From NCBI GenBank assembly GCA_907165135.1, contig OU015569.1, positions 6,882,001 through 6,946,000 on the forward strand: a stretch of DNA of 64,000 nt. Reading direction: 5' to 3'. The notes under the pieces were generated by a model, which searched no databases, was not told the origin of the DNA, and saw only the letters and a list, made by a program, of their open reading frames with translations. The position numbers and the translations under genes were made by a program. Shown here in pieces: positions 46,753 to 59,759 of this stretch. How positions within the stretch are numbered: position 1 is the first letter of the stretch; every line of letters starts with the position of its first letter. Source of the DNA: Oikopleura dioica (taxonomy: Eukaryota; Animalia; Chordata).

Positions 46753-49602
46753 TTATTGAAAAGTATTCTCCGTTTTGACCAAGGGATGAAGGGAGTAAGC
46801 GGCGGGGGAGGTGGCACCTGGCACGAGATGTGCGGAAGCGTACGTCGCGTGAGTGACCTGTGAGCTCGGATCGAAAGGACTCATTCCACTTGCACAGGAA
46901 CTCGTTGGCGACGATTCAGGGGAGGCTCCGGGCAGACCAGCGTACTGGGCATTTCCGTTCTTGGCGTGATTAGCGAATTCAGACTCAGACCACTTGTCCA
47001 TGCTGCGTCGGCGTGCGTTCATGAAAAAGTTGGAAACGGTGGAGACTTCCAGACCAAGCTGAGAGGAAATAGACAGTTGCTGTTCTTTCGTTGGGCGACG
47101 GTTTTCCTAGTATAAAGAGTTAATTAAAGATGATAAGGGGAATAATCAAATTTGCAATTGAACAAAATAATATTTTTTTGTCTAAAAGAGGGGCAGGAAG
47201 GGATTTAAATCTTTTCAAAGTATCCCGCTACGTCTTGGATTTCAAAAGATTTGACGAATTTTCGCCATCGGAAACGTGTAAATTGAAGCAGATGGGGCTT
47301 AGGGATGGAGAGCTGATCCAGCTCCGGAGCCGCGCGCCTGATCGATTTTTAGGCACGCAGATCGGGGGATATTTTATCGCGGTGTAAATTTTTCGGAGCG
47401 CCGTGTCCAAAAACACAAAAGTAGGCTTGGCCATCTGGACCGCTTGGCAGGGAAAGTAGGCCCAAGCTGATTGCTCATAGCACAGTAGAAATGAACTGAT
47501 GAATTTTCATTTCAAAAGTACGTTTGTTTTTGACTCTCCAAAAACCATGCATAATATTTCTCACATTCTACATTAATCTTACTCAATGATCTATGGTCGT
47601 ATCTTTTTCATCATTATGTTTAAAAATAAAAAGGGCAATCAACATGAGTTTTGCAATTTTACCTTGAAAATTGAATGAAGCATGCGCCTTTGACGATCAG
47701 TGAATACAAGCCGCGGTTTTTTATTTACCGGTGGCCGTTTGTGGTCGCCACTTTCTTTACGTTTGCAGGCTGCTATACGCAACGCCGCCATTCGCTGATA
47801 TTCAGGCTCTTGAAGCCATTTTTTCATTCTTCGGAAGGTTTCGCGGCCGCTTTTCAACTTGCTCCAAGGCTTTGGGTTGCGTAGGAGATCGGAAAGAGTT
47901 CCTTGTGAGCGGCAAAGTACTCGCTGAGCGAAAATTGCTTGCGGTATTGAGTATCGTTTCAGCTCGGCAGTGATTTTTGCGGCGACGGCTTTGGTGTCCA
48001 CCTGAATCCAAGTTTATTCTCAGTTACATTATTGCCAAATCTCACCTCTTCCGCACCCTGAGGAGATTGATTTTTCTGCACGGGTTGTATTTGAGGGGGA
48101 TCGCGGACGGCATCGTAAGAGGCACCTTCCATTCCGTTGTTTGTCATTGAAGGGAAGAATAGGAAGCCGGGATTCATATCTTAACAACTGGGTAAGAAAT
48201 TTTATCGATGAGACAATTTTTAATATTCTCGCGTTAGTCTAAAAGGCGATGACCTAGGACCATTTTCTGACCTCAGTTTATCGACCAAGCGGCGACGCTT
48301 AGAACTAAGTTGCATTATAAATGCATTTCGTGACAACTAATCGACATTTTTATCACAATCCATTTCCAAAAGGACTACCTTAATTATTTAAACGACATGA
48401 TATCGAGTCGCCACGCCGAAACCATTTTCTGTGAGTTTGTGGCGATAAAAAAGAAGAATAAATATGTCTGAGTACATTCAATCAACATTTTAATTTGATT
48501 CACTCTGGGACTGCTGCTTACCTTGGGTAATGTAGTTAGGCTGACCAAGGTCCATTTGATGTTGAGATGTCGGGAGAATTTTGTTGGGTGTTATCGGCTG
48601 ACTGGCAGAAATCGGCACACCTGCAGCTATACTAGATGTCTGGTCAACATTTTGTCCGCCGACAAGTACGTCGTTTTCGACTTTGCACACGCCATGCTGA
48701 GTCGTACTGTTAGCTTGTCCTGCGCTGTAGTAAAGAGCGGGTAAGCATTCAGAGCTCGCCGTTACATTCTGTGAAGCTGGAAGTGTGTTAGCGTTGTTGT
48801 CTCCTTCTTTCAATGTCTCCAAGTTGTTAACTAAGAAACTGTTACAAAAATATATCGGGCATTTAATTTACCTGGAACACACTCGTATCCATCTTGAGGC
48901 GTATTGGGTGATGGCGTTGTAGAAGGAATAGAGTTGTAGTAGACTGGCTCGAATGAAAGTGATGTCATCTGCGCGGATGAGGAGATCGTCGAGTTTTGTG
49001 CACTTGATGTGCTCGGGTACGACATCGACATCGGTGTAGACAAGGGTGGCAATGTTTGCCCCATTCCCTGCTCGTTTCCAAATACGGAAAATGCCATGGA
49101 GTACCCTTAAGATGATTATTAGTTGTTTGATATTACTGTCTTTGATTCCATTTTTCTTACATTAGAGAATACTTTCTGAAATGACAAAGGCTTCTGTGAT
49201 TTTTTTCTTTGATTATCTCTAAGATCTTTTAGCTAAAGATTTAAAAATGAACTGTCATTTGTTTCTACATTCATCTGTCTGAAACAAAATGAACCAAATA
49301 CAAACTATCAGTATCAAATGTGATTAGTCATTTCATCTCCCTCGAGTCCTCATAATCAAATTATTTTTATAAGTCCGTTCTGATCGAGTTATCCTCTCGC
49401 CGATGCAAAAAACTAAAGACTTACCAGTGAGTTTCTGAGGGGAGCCATGGGACGAAGCAGATAGTGTGGCGTATGTTGGTTGCTCTAAGGCCAGGTAGTT
49501 AGCCGAGTGACCTACGTGACCGTGGTGGACATTGCCCAAGTTGTATGGATCGTTGACGTTGGGCTGGGCAGCACAGCCCGGAAATGGAGTTGTCTCCATC
49601 AT
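46753..49602 (-). CDS. ONECUT: Onecut/HNF6 CUT-homeodomain transcription factor
   Basis: CUT domain DTKAVAAKITAELKRYSIPQAIFAQRVLCRSQGTLSDLLRNPKPWSKLKSGRETFRRM and homeodomain KKPRLVFTDRQRR...VSTVSNFFMNARRRS. N-terminal PTYATL and TLPPLSTP motifs. Confidence 0.97.
47294..47463. mobile_element. Degenerate MITE-like element in the Onecut homeobox intron
   Basis: GC-rich 170 bp block in an AT-rich intron, starting GGG and ending CCC. Flanked by AAGCAGAT (47286-47293) and AAGCTGAT (47464-47471), 7/8 identical. Confidence 0.45.
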
Positions 49603-52600
49603 CTCTAGTGTTTTCTTCAAGTTGGGGTTACAGAGTTCAGAACAGAAGCCTGACAATTTTTTTTCAATTTGTCGATAAAATTTATCGATATCAGTTCTTT
49701 TTAGCTTGCTGGGCGGATGATGGTTGAGGGCGGCTGTTCCGTGGTTCGGCGAGAAGGAGGCGCTGTTTCTTCGTCGCCGGTAGATGGCGCGACTATGATG
49801 GAACCTAATCCATCCTTTGAAGTGCCGACAATTTATCCGCATCTAGTTTAGTACTTGTTAGTTAAAAAGTATCCTTAGTAAGTTTTAGCTATGCATTAAC
49901 AACTTTTGTCTACGGCAAAAGCTATCCGTTAATCTCTTTTAACTCAGAAATAGCTAATGACCAGTCGAAAAGTCTCCTGTGAAGTTAATTAAAAGATTTT
50001 TTCATTCTCAAAAGCAACTTTAAGATTTTTCAAAAATATTTTTACTTTCAAATCAAATTTCAGCGAATCTTTATTAATTTCTTGAAGAAAATTTCGTAAC
50101 AAATTATTTTGAACAGCTATATCAAAAACTTCATTTTATGAAATTTTCTTGAAAAGCTACAAATAGATGTAAACCCCTCGGAAGACAATGATTATCTCAG
50201 ACAACCTTGAACAAGATCGAAAAATATGGCACTCGAAATGTTTGAAATTGGTTTTACAGGAGCCTTTGAAGCACCGCAACTGGACATATGGACGACTGGG
50301 GAGAGTCGCGATGCAGTACCTCATAGCATGCTGAACACGCGTAATTATCCTCATTGTGGGCGGTTTTACGCTTAACGCCGGAGCTGCTTCCGGGAACACA
50401 GAGTCAGACAGAAGGTGATGGCGGGATGAAGAAGGCAATTACCGAAAGATGAAGCAGATCACCGCTTTAATGAAAAACGAAAATAGCTAACTCAGCGAGG
50501 AAGCTATTGCCTTGACACAACTTCGAAAATAATTATTAGAATATGTTTTAACAGTTATCATGAGTGACGATTACACCGGCGAATTCGAAGCGGTGTCACT
50601 GCTTAATAATTTATACGATGGTGGCAGTGTATTGAAAATGTGTAAGTTAGAATTAGCATAGCTGCAGCCTTCTGACGAAGGAGCTGGAGGAAAGTTTTAC
50701 CTTCACTTAGGCTAACGATAAATCTAAAATGACAAGTTCGATCAATGAGGGTGTCGAAATCGATCTCGCTCTTGAAAATTTTGGATTTCAGAAAGCGGCT
50801 CTTAAAGGGCACTGTAAGTGCTGCTAAAAGGAAAGTGCCGCGAAAAATACTTTCGCGCGTTCCATCACAGCCACCAAAATATAATCTGTTGCATGATCTT
50901 TACGCGAATACGGTAGTTCCGTTGTGAGATCAATCGCTTTTCCGCACTCGAATCAAAGACGATCGTCACGATGCCAGACCTTGTCATCAGCATATTTCAT
51001 GGAAATCGGAACATTTCCCTTTCAAAGCATCCTAAAGCAGAGATGGCCAGCAACTGCTCATTAGCAAATTTTTGACATATCCTCTATAAATCAATACAAT
51101 AGACATCAAGGGCACCGGAATAATGCTGTTTTATTTGAAATTTATTCTGAATTTATTCTGATAGGAGCATAATTTTGTGTGCGCTGGCCGGAATCTCTGA
51201 TCTAGGAAAACACGAAGTCAGATCATTGCGAAGAAACCTTTCCATAGACGTCAGAAACTGAGACAAGGCTAATCGATTCCTCTTTAGGTCAGAAGGGAAC
51301 AATCTGTTTCAGTAAATTCAATAGCAGCTCAACTTTATGCAAACTTCTTGTCCATCATTAAAATGACTTCTTTTGATTGGGACTGGATTAATTTCCAAAA
51401 GAAACCGAAACTCTATCTGCCATCCAAATCGGCTTTGACCTTTTTCACGGTTAGCGGCAGCAAAACTCTAAGTGTAACGGCCATGGTGTCACGCGAAAGT
51501 CTCAAAACTAGAACAAATCTCGAGTGGGGTCCTCGAGTCAGGCTCCCCATATGGCACAGAACGCCTTCCTGTCCTGGCTGAATAATTCATCCCTAGCAAA
51601 CGCGCTTCTGGTTGCGCGAGAAAACTTAAAGCCGCCTAAGTAGCCGGAAAACGAGGTTGAGATGCTTTCGTTACTTTGGCTGACAAACCAAATTTTGACG
51701 ATATCTTTTGGTAGATATTACATAGCACCAAACTTGGATGAGCAATTTACGTTGACATAATTTATTTGGGATTTCTGTCTTTGACTTACCAAAAATTTTC
51801 CATTGAATGTAATTTAATTAATCTAAAAACATAAGATATGAATGTAACTGACAGTTCTAGATTACTGAATTGTATTTCTATGCATTTTACAAACATTAAA
51901 CTAGAATCACTTGCATGGATTTTACCAAGTCCTCAAAATTTCCTCCTAGTCAGAGAAACAAAGAGCATCTCTTTGCACTTCCTGGTGCAAGGTCGAAATT
52001 GAGGCGTAACGGATACGCAAGTTGCGAGATTTTGCGTGGCACCACAGGACCTCGTTTCCGGCCCAAATTCGCCGGTAGCTGCGGGGGCTCTCTTCTTGCC
52101 TTGAGCTGCAACTTTTCCCTCTGACCTGGCCTCAGGGGGGTGCCATTATAACTGAGGACGGTTCAAAGCCCGCCACATATTAGCAACAGACAGTCGCCCT
52201 AATTAATATACAGTGCGTTAAGCCTCTTCAAAGGCTGTGTCCCTGTATTTGCGCCGCATAGAACCCCCTACCTGCGCCGATGATATATTGCTCCAGCAAG
52301 AGCTGATTCAGTAAATTCTTGTATATCACGCCGTGAACAACCCAGATGTCCACATAACTCTTGGCATTTTCTTTTCGAAACAAGATATTATTTAGGTTCA
52401 TTGGGCAACTGAGCTAGAATAGTTAACGGAAGTGCCAGAATGATTAAAGCAGGCTGAGTTTAAGACTAGAGCCGCCGGATAAATGTCTGATTAACATACA
52501 GTCTGGGCTCGTGATCAAAAACAGAAGCTCAAAGCGGCAGCTGGACGGAGTCTTGCGCAACGCTCAAACGGATTAGCCCTCTAATTCTACCCTTGATATG

Positions 52601-53400
52601 ACGTACTAAGACTCATTAAATTTCCTTAACTAGAATAAACCCTAATTCAAGGTGAATCCAAGAGCTCAAATTATTGCTTCTATTAATTATAGTTAATAAC
52701 ATTATGAAAAATATATTCCAATTCTACCAATTCATAGCTATATTAGCGGGAAATTTATAGGAGCATTTTAGGCACAATAGAAATGCGGCTTATTTTTCAC
52801 TGATCCCATTTATCGTCCACCGGGCGGTCGGTTTTTCGATATTCCTATGAAAACACGCTCGGTCAACTGGCTAGGCCATAATACCCTAATTGCGCACTTA
52901 GTGCGACTTCAATACGCTCAGATAAAAATTGGTTCCAGCCCATTTTTCTACGTTCTGCCTTGCATTTCTCACTACAGAAGCGTCAATCAAGAAGTAAGTG
53001 GCGAAGTGCATTTTTTGACAAGTTTTAAGAATCAAAATCATCACCCGGCTTATCTTTGTTTCCAATAACGCCCGAGAACTCTTTAATAGTATTTGGATCT
53101 ATAAAACGGCTCTATAACATTTATTGTCAAATCAATCGAAAATAGGGTCGGGCAAGTGAAGTAAAATGGAAAATTTGGAGAACATTATGTACAGTTGCAA
53201 AATAACGATGCTCGGAATATACTTGTGCTTTTAATTTCCCTAATTTGGTAATAGCAAGATTCTAATAATGCTTGTGTGATTGTTGTTCAGATTGGATTGT
53301 ATTCTTATAATTGGTTTTGAGGATTTTTGGGTTTTCACTAGAGACTAGCGGCATTGTACTCGAATAAGAATTATATAGTTTTCATACAGGATTGCTCGAG

Positions 53401-54209
53401 TTAGTCAGACTTGAGTTGTGGCTGCGGATGCTTGCGTTCATAAGCTTGCTGAATACAGTGGCAAGTTGTGATACAGACGATCAGAATAGCCAAAGACGCA
53501 GCAGCGCCGATCAAACCCCTGACTCGAAGAGAATAGCAGCCACCATCTTCCTAAAAAGAAGAGATTTAAATCTTCGAAAATATCTCTAAGAAATACATTT
53601 TGAGCGGTGAGCTGAGAACAGACGCATCTATTTGGACCGACACAGATTCCATGAGTACCACAATGACCCTCGTCGCACTTAGGAGTCTTGCAGTCTGATC
53701 CCTTGTCTTCCGAAACTTCGCCTTTTGCGTTGGTTCCAGTCCAACCTTAAAATGCTTAGTGGAATATTGGACATATTTCTATACCAGTAATGCATCCGTA
53801 TTTACAACGCCCATTCTTGAAGATATCAGCATTTCCTTAAAATATGTTTTCATAAGCGAGCTAAATATCTCAACTTTACCTCCTGCTTTAGTACCAGACT
53901 TCTGTGATCGACATTCTCCGGCTAAAACGTAAATTCCGTCTTCATTTTTGTAGTGGGCTTCGGCAGCAACGAGAGCAAGAATATGGAAGGCAAAAGTTAT
54001 CTAAAAGAAGAAAAATATCTTTTCTTAGGTGGAAGGATAAAGAATGAGGCATCATTTTCCTCCTTGTAAGGAAGGAGTTCCAACTAATTATTATAATTGT
54101 TTTACCGTGTAACAACTACTATTGCAATAATACAATTCTTACTTATCATAGCTAAATGAAGAAGTGATTCTTATTAACGCACTGTTTCATAATATTCACT
54201 AACCTTCAT
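53401..54209 (-). CDS. Small single-pass membrane protein with EGF-like domain
   Basis: Five-exon model: signal MK|ITFAFHILALVAAEA; Cys-rich ectodomain ...GRCKYGCITGWTG...DCKTPKCDEGHCGTHGICVGPNRCVC...GGCYSLR; TM segment GLIGAAASLAILIVCITTC; short tail ending KSD*. All introns are GT-AG. Confidence 0.8.
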
Positions 54210-55319
54210 AATATTTTCTAGTTTTCTCGTCGTCAAAATATCTCTGGTGCAACTGGATTTCTGGAGATTCTCACGACTTCGCTCAGTCTTAACTATGAAT
54301 ATAGGAGTCTTCTTTTAAAAAATAGCGACTTTGGCGCTTGGCTGGTAATCCCACAAGGTCAGAGGTTGTGGCAGCTTAAAGGAAATTTCCCTAACGCCCC
54401 CGGGCGACGACAACTGTTGCCTCAAACAAGTGCGCGTTTCTGCATTGCTATACTCTTTCTCGCTGATTTAAGGATGCGGCGTTTAGGCGACCGGTGGGTG
54501 AAAATGCGTCAACGCATTCTTGAGCGCGGGGCATCAACAGTTGCATAATTTATCGTTATCGATTTGGAGATTTTGCTTTATTTTATGGGAAAAGATTTAG
54601 CTTCATTGAATTCTCTTACACAGCTTGCTTTCGTTTCCACGAGTTCTGTTCATGAGTGTTTACATATAAGGGTTCTTTTTGCATTTCTGAAATCTCTGAA
54701 ATCGAAGATTGACTGCTAAAGAGCTAGTTTCAAGAGTAGGAGCTCGCAAGGGCATGAAAGAGGGAGAGTAGGAGGGCGGAGGCCCAAAAAGACATTAGTC
54801 ACAAAGCGACCGAAATGCACGCTAGAAGAGATGCACTAATCTCTTTGTTAATCAAACCCAGACATTCCATCAGCTTTGAGTGGAGCAGTCTCGAGCAGTT
54901 TGATAAACTCATCAGGAATCATTTTTTTTTCGTTACAAAGCATTTCCATTTGGGTAGGTTACTTTAGGAGAAATATTTGACCTTTGACAAACTTTAAAGA
55001 ATATGATTATTTTAATTAATGTTGTCGTTGTTGATCGCAATGTTACATTTTATGCACTTGCACTGTACAATGTACGGAATGTGTTCCATGTCTTTGTATA
55101 TTCGAAGAAAGCTTAAAATTCAAGGATATATAAAAGCTTAGTGAAATTCCTGATAGAAAAGATCAAGAAGCTTTAATCTATGAATACGCTGTTGCCTGCG
55201 GCGTACCAGTTCTCTCCGTTCCCTTTATTATTCGTCCAAGTCCTCCACTCAGCAGAGCAAACCCATGCTTTTACGTCGTTTGTAAGAAAGAGAAAACAAG
55301 GCTCACGAGAAAATAGAGA

Positions 55320-55646
55320 ATGGGGAAAAGTCCGAATCCTACTGCTGATGGAAAATGTATGTGTTGTAATTGCGAGCAGATCCTGGAACAAGACGATCTG
55401 CGAAAGGCTTTTACAAAAAACACGTTCGTTGAAAACCTATCTGTTTTCTTAAACAGCCACTATATAGAAAACACCAATAATTATACTTATAAAATAAAAT
55501 GTGCGAAATATGAATTTAGAAAGGGAACTCTGTGTTGTCTCTGCTTGCTTACTGGACCTCTCGCACCCATCATCGCCTATCTGTTCTTCCGTGAAGAAAT
55601 GCATGTATGCCCGTCTTGCAAGCGCGAGTGCATTCACAACTTTTAG
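55320..55646 (+). CDS. LITAF-type zinc-ribbon protein
   Basis: CxxC (CMCCNC), then a hydrophobic Cys-rich segment (LCCLCLLTGPLAPIIAYLFF), then HVCPSC. Confidence 0.75.
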   Translation: MGKSPNPTADGKCMCCNCEQILEQDDLRKAFTKNTFVENLSVFLNSHYIENTNNYTYKIKCAKYEFRKGTLCCLCLLTGPLAPIIAYLFFREEMHVCPSCKRECIHNF

Positions 55647-55774
55647 CGCGTACTTTCTCAATTTTAAATACAAAACAAAAGTTCCTTTCACAATCAAAGC
55701 TCGGCTTACTCGAGATTTTCCTCCTTGTTTTCAATGTCTTCAACTGATAAAATTAATAATATAAATCGATATAT

Positions 55775-57700
55775 TCATAGAGATATCATACAGATAAATA
55801 TTGGAATAATGAGATTTAGCGACAGATATTTTGAGCCGTTCCACCATCCTTTTCTGTACTTATTGCGATCGCAGATTATGGAGTTTTTAAAGAAGCTGCA
55901 TCCAGCCGGATGTACGCATTCTTCTGTGCAATCATTTTTCTAAGAGTAATTCTATTCTCAACCTGAGTAAAGAGCTTTTCTACCTCTGGACGAGTTTTTT
56001 CATAAAGCGCGATTATTCCGGCGAAATTTTCTTGACAGACTTTTTTGATTCGGCTGCGATGAGGTTGAAATTTTTCAGATAGTGATCCAGGCTCTTCACT
56101 TGAAGGTGGGAGTTCAATAGTGTAGCAGTACTGAACGCCGCGAAGCTTGTAATAATCGGAACTGATGCCAACAATATCGTAGTCTGATGGGCCGCCTCGT
56201 TTTACTTCGTACTTGAAATACTTTCTATGAATGAAGCAGAATCTGGCAGATATCAGAGGTCAATCAAGAAGAAGAATAACTAGTTTATGATTTGCAAGAT
56301 CATTTTAAATTGATAAAATTCATTTTTGAGTTAACCTTGTTGCCCGTTCGATTCTGAATCGCATTCATGATACTCGTCGCAGCAAAATGCAGCTGCATCT
56401 TATTCTTTGCAGGCACAGATTTCGACATGGAAAAGGGATAAAGAATCATTTCTCCATAAGAGTGATAGGACACATAAGCTTTGACGTCTTTGAGAAGGCT
56501 CATTTCATCCTTCTGTCGTCGTGTTTCGATTTCCGAAAATTTTTCACTTCCCTGTAAATTGTTTTGTGATGCTCGTGTTAGATACCCACTTTGTGTTAGA
56601 GAACCTGAAAAATATGACCACAAGGATCTCTGTTGATTTCATGCGTTCCCCATTTGGCATCATAATTTCTGTTCAGATCGACGCCAATACAGTCATCTTT
56701 ACAAGGCACGATGTAGCTTTCTGGATCAGTTTGATTCGCTCTGCACAAGTTCACATTCAAGTTTCGGTTTTTCCTCCAGAGATTGTCTTTTTGCCTACTG
56801 TATTCGTATCCGTCTTTATAATTTGTAAGTATGAAATTTTTATTAAGGCAGAAACCTGGATTCAACATTGGAAATATGACCCACTGCATATCAGATGCAT
56901 ATTGTTGTTTATGCGTTAGAAGTTGTGTGATTGTGTAGAAACAGACTGCTGCTGTTGCGAAGTGATTGAATTCTCAAGCTTTTATAGGATAAGTTTTATA
57001 CAGTGACCGTCATTAAGTGACGGCTGGAAGATTAGCTTATTGTCAATAATATTGTTAAATAAGTTATTGAACAATCTTAGTAGAATTGAACCGCTTTCGT
57101 GATAACCACTCTCGACCATGGATTCCACATTCGAGCACGATTTTCGGCGCGAAATTAGGACCGATTCTTACGATGAAGAGTTCTCTCTCTTCAAAAGTAA
57201 GTCCCATTATTGTCGCATTGACAGGAACAGATTTGCTTGATTTTGCTCTGAAAATAAAGAAAAGGTTCACGCTTGTAACAGATTGGTTCAAGTTCGTACC
57301 TCATGAGGAGAAACAACCAGTCGCGGAACGCGCTCCAATCTTTGTAATCCTCAAAGTCTATTTTCCGAAGCTGTAAAGTGCAAGTTACATTGAGCAAATA
57401 TTATCTTTTACTGGTACCAACTGCGCTGTGTGCTCGTCATTTTCGAGATCAAAGGGCTCGCCACTTCCACTTCCACTCGTCCTCACTTTTGCATCTTGTT
57501 CGCTGCGATCACGTGAACCTGCTCCAGCCGAGCGCTCTTTTTGATCATCGTTTTCTGACTCGTGCTCGAGGAAGGTAATGCCCAACTCTATAAATAGTGA
57601 TCTTTCTTTATTTGACGACGCTTAGTTCGTTTTATTCTTCAATATTTTTACTCAAATATACTCCTCCCAAAAGTCAATGCATCCCTCAGTCCGGAATTAT
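55775..57700 (-). CDS. M14A zinc carboxypeptidase with probable C-terminal GPI signal (5' end uncertain)
   Basis: Motifs GIHGREW (H69/E72), WRKNR, GVDLNRNY, SYHSYG (H196), YDIVGISSDY and YTIEL (E270). Pro-domain-like IDFWE. The final exon ends NGSKYLSLNLIIPIFICMISL*. Confidence 0.88.
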
Positions 57701-59759
57701 TTGATAAATCAAGCATATCAGTTTTTTGGACGTCTATTTCTAGGGCAAATACTAACGAATTGTATCGTTCTCATCTAAACAAATAACAAAATTCAAAATG
57801 ATATTTCCTGTTTTGATCGAAAACAACTGATCATTGCCCACTCTAGTCTAAAATCGCCGTCAAATGGAAAAAAAAACTACCAATGATAATAAACAATTGA
57901 AGCAGTTGACCATCAATTATAACTAGATTTGAAATTCGCTTGCCCTTATGTAAGCATAAAAATAGATAAACACAGTTGTTAATTAATTAGCTTTAACTAT
58001 TATCTCTTCGATAAACGTCGTGTTTATCAAACTAATTGGACATCATTTGCGAAGGATACTTCAATAATCATTAATTCGAGCAAAAGTGATAACCTTGCGA
58101 GTCTTGCTAATAATAAAACTTTGTAGAACACGTGAAAATGCTCATGTTAACAACATATTTTAATGGCGCTCATTAATTTCGACAGGGTGTATTTTCGAGG
58201 GACTGCCTTATTGCTAGTTAAAATGGCTGAAAATATTACGGTCTCTTTGTTTTTTTAACTACTATTATGCTATCCGTTTTACCTCGAAGTTTTCTCGTAA
58301 TATCGTTTCGCTCCCCTTAATAAATTCCTTGATAAATTGAATAGAATAGGACCGGGGCCACGAACAGCGCTAAAAGTTTTTCTATACGATTAGCTTTGTA
58401 ATACCATGCCTTTGATTCTCATATCAATGTTCTTTCCAACAGCCTGTGAAGTCTCGCGGGTGAACCAGTCGATTTGAAAGCGCTCCGAAAATTTCGAGAG
58501 CTGTTTTAAATCCTTTTTTCGTTTGATAAGAACCGTAGATTTTAGTCTACCAAGTCTCAGACTATTTTTTTATTTCTCATCAATATTCCTCTTTGTTGAC
58601 GATTTTAACGGTGATCAAGAGCGTGTGTATTATTGGAAATGTGGCAAAAAATGAGTAAATTTTCTTCATTCAACTCTTCGAAAAAAATCGGATTTGCTAG
58701 GGTTTTGAGCAAGCCGATTGGGAAAGAAATAAATCGTCAGAAATAATTCATCTCTTGTACTCACTGGCCTGTACTTAGTGGCTTAGAATGAATCTTTAAC
58801 GCCGACGAAGATTCTGAGGGATTGTTGCTTTTGGGCGACATTCATTGCCAACAAAGAGGTTTGAGAATCGCGATCTTTGTACGGAAAAGTTCAAGTTGAT
58901 GGGCAATTAGAGTTCGTGTCCGACAGAGATTCGAAAGCTATCCGGAAAGGAGCGCACCGCGGCAGTCTCAGGAATTTTTAAAGCGGCAATATACGTGTGT
59001 TTATTTCACTTTGGATTGAATCTGCGATATAGCATAGTTCCGTTATCACTTCAGAGTGGTCTCTTTTAAGCTCCAAATATTTTGGCACGTCGTCCGGTCG
59101 CCTACTTTTCTCATCATTTTCCAACCACTGGGGCGAGCCATAATTTAAGAAAATTAAATGAGCCACGGTGCATTCCAGAGGCAGATTATTCCCAGTATGT
59201 ACAAGAAGCTCTAGCATTAGATTTATGTCGAGCACTTCAAATGGCGAGAAGTGGTGTTGTGACAAGATAAGACGCAGCCGACGAGTACTTAGTCCTCTCT
59301 CTGCTTTAGAAAATTATAGCGTCTCTAATGTGTGAAATTGTTGACAAAAATAACAGCTCTCCTTATGCGGAATCCGCGGACATAACATTTCGCTCATACT
59401 TCACGGCAGGAGAACAACGGCGGAGGGCAGCAGTTCCACTTGATAATAGCATAGAAGTGGAATTTTGAGCGGCGAGTATTTGTTCCACTTGATATCCTCC
59501 CTTTTCATTTTGGGCAGAGGCAGAACATTAGAAACTACTCTTTTCTGGCCCCACACAATGCCACGTTCAAAGTTTACGTTCTCAATTTATTATGACTTTA
59601 TTGCAATAATTAATATTTGCTTAACTTATTCTTTAAAGATTCATATGTATTTGAAAGTTGTTTTTGCTTTAGTATTGGTTTCGTTTTGGTTTTGATTAGA
59701 AGGTTCTATCCAGAATAGGCAGATATCAACATCATTATATCATATCAAAAAATATTGTG

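Noticed and set aside
49719-49830. Plausible-looking + strand peptide MMVEGGCSVVRREGG opposite the Onecut 5' region
   Set aside because: Short, without splice support, and explained by the GC-rich Onecut 5' UTR.
58340-59270. Possible multi-exon + strand gene fragments (DDFNGDQERVYYWKC, IFNADEDSEGLLLLGDIHC, EPRCIPEADY...)
   Set aside because: No consistent spliced frame or family could be assembled by eye; RNA-seq is needed.
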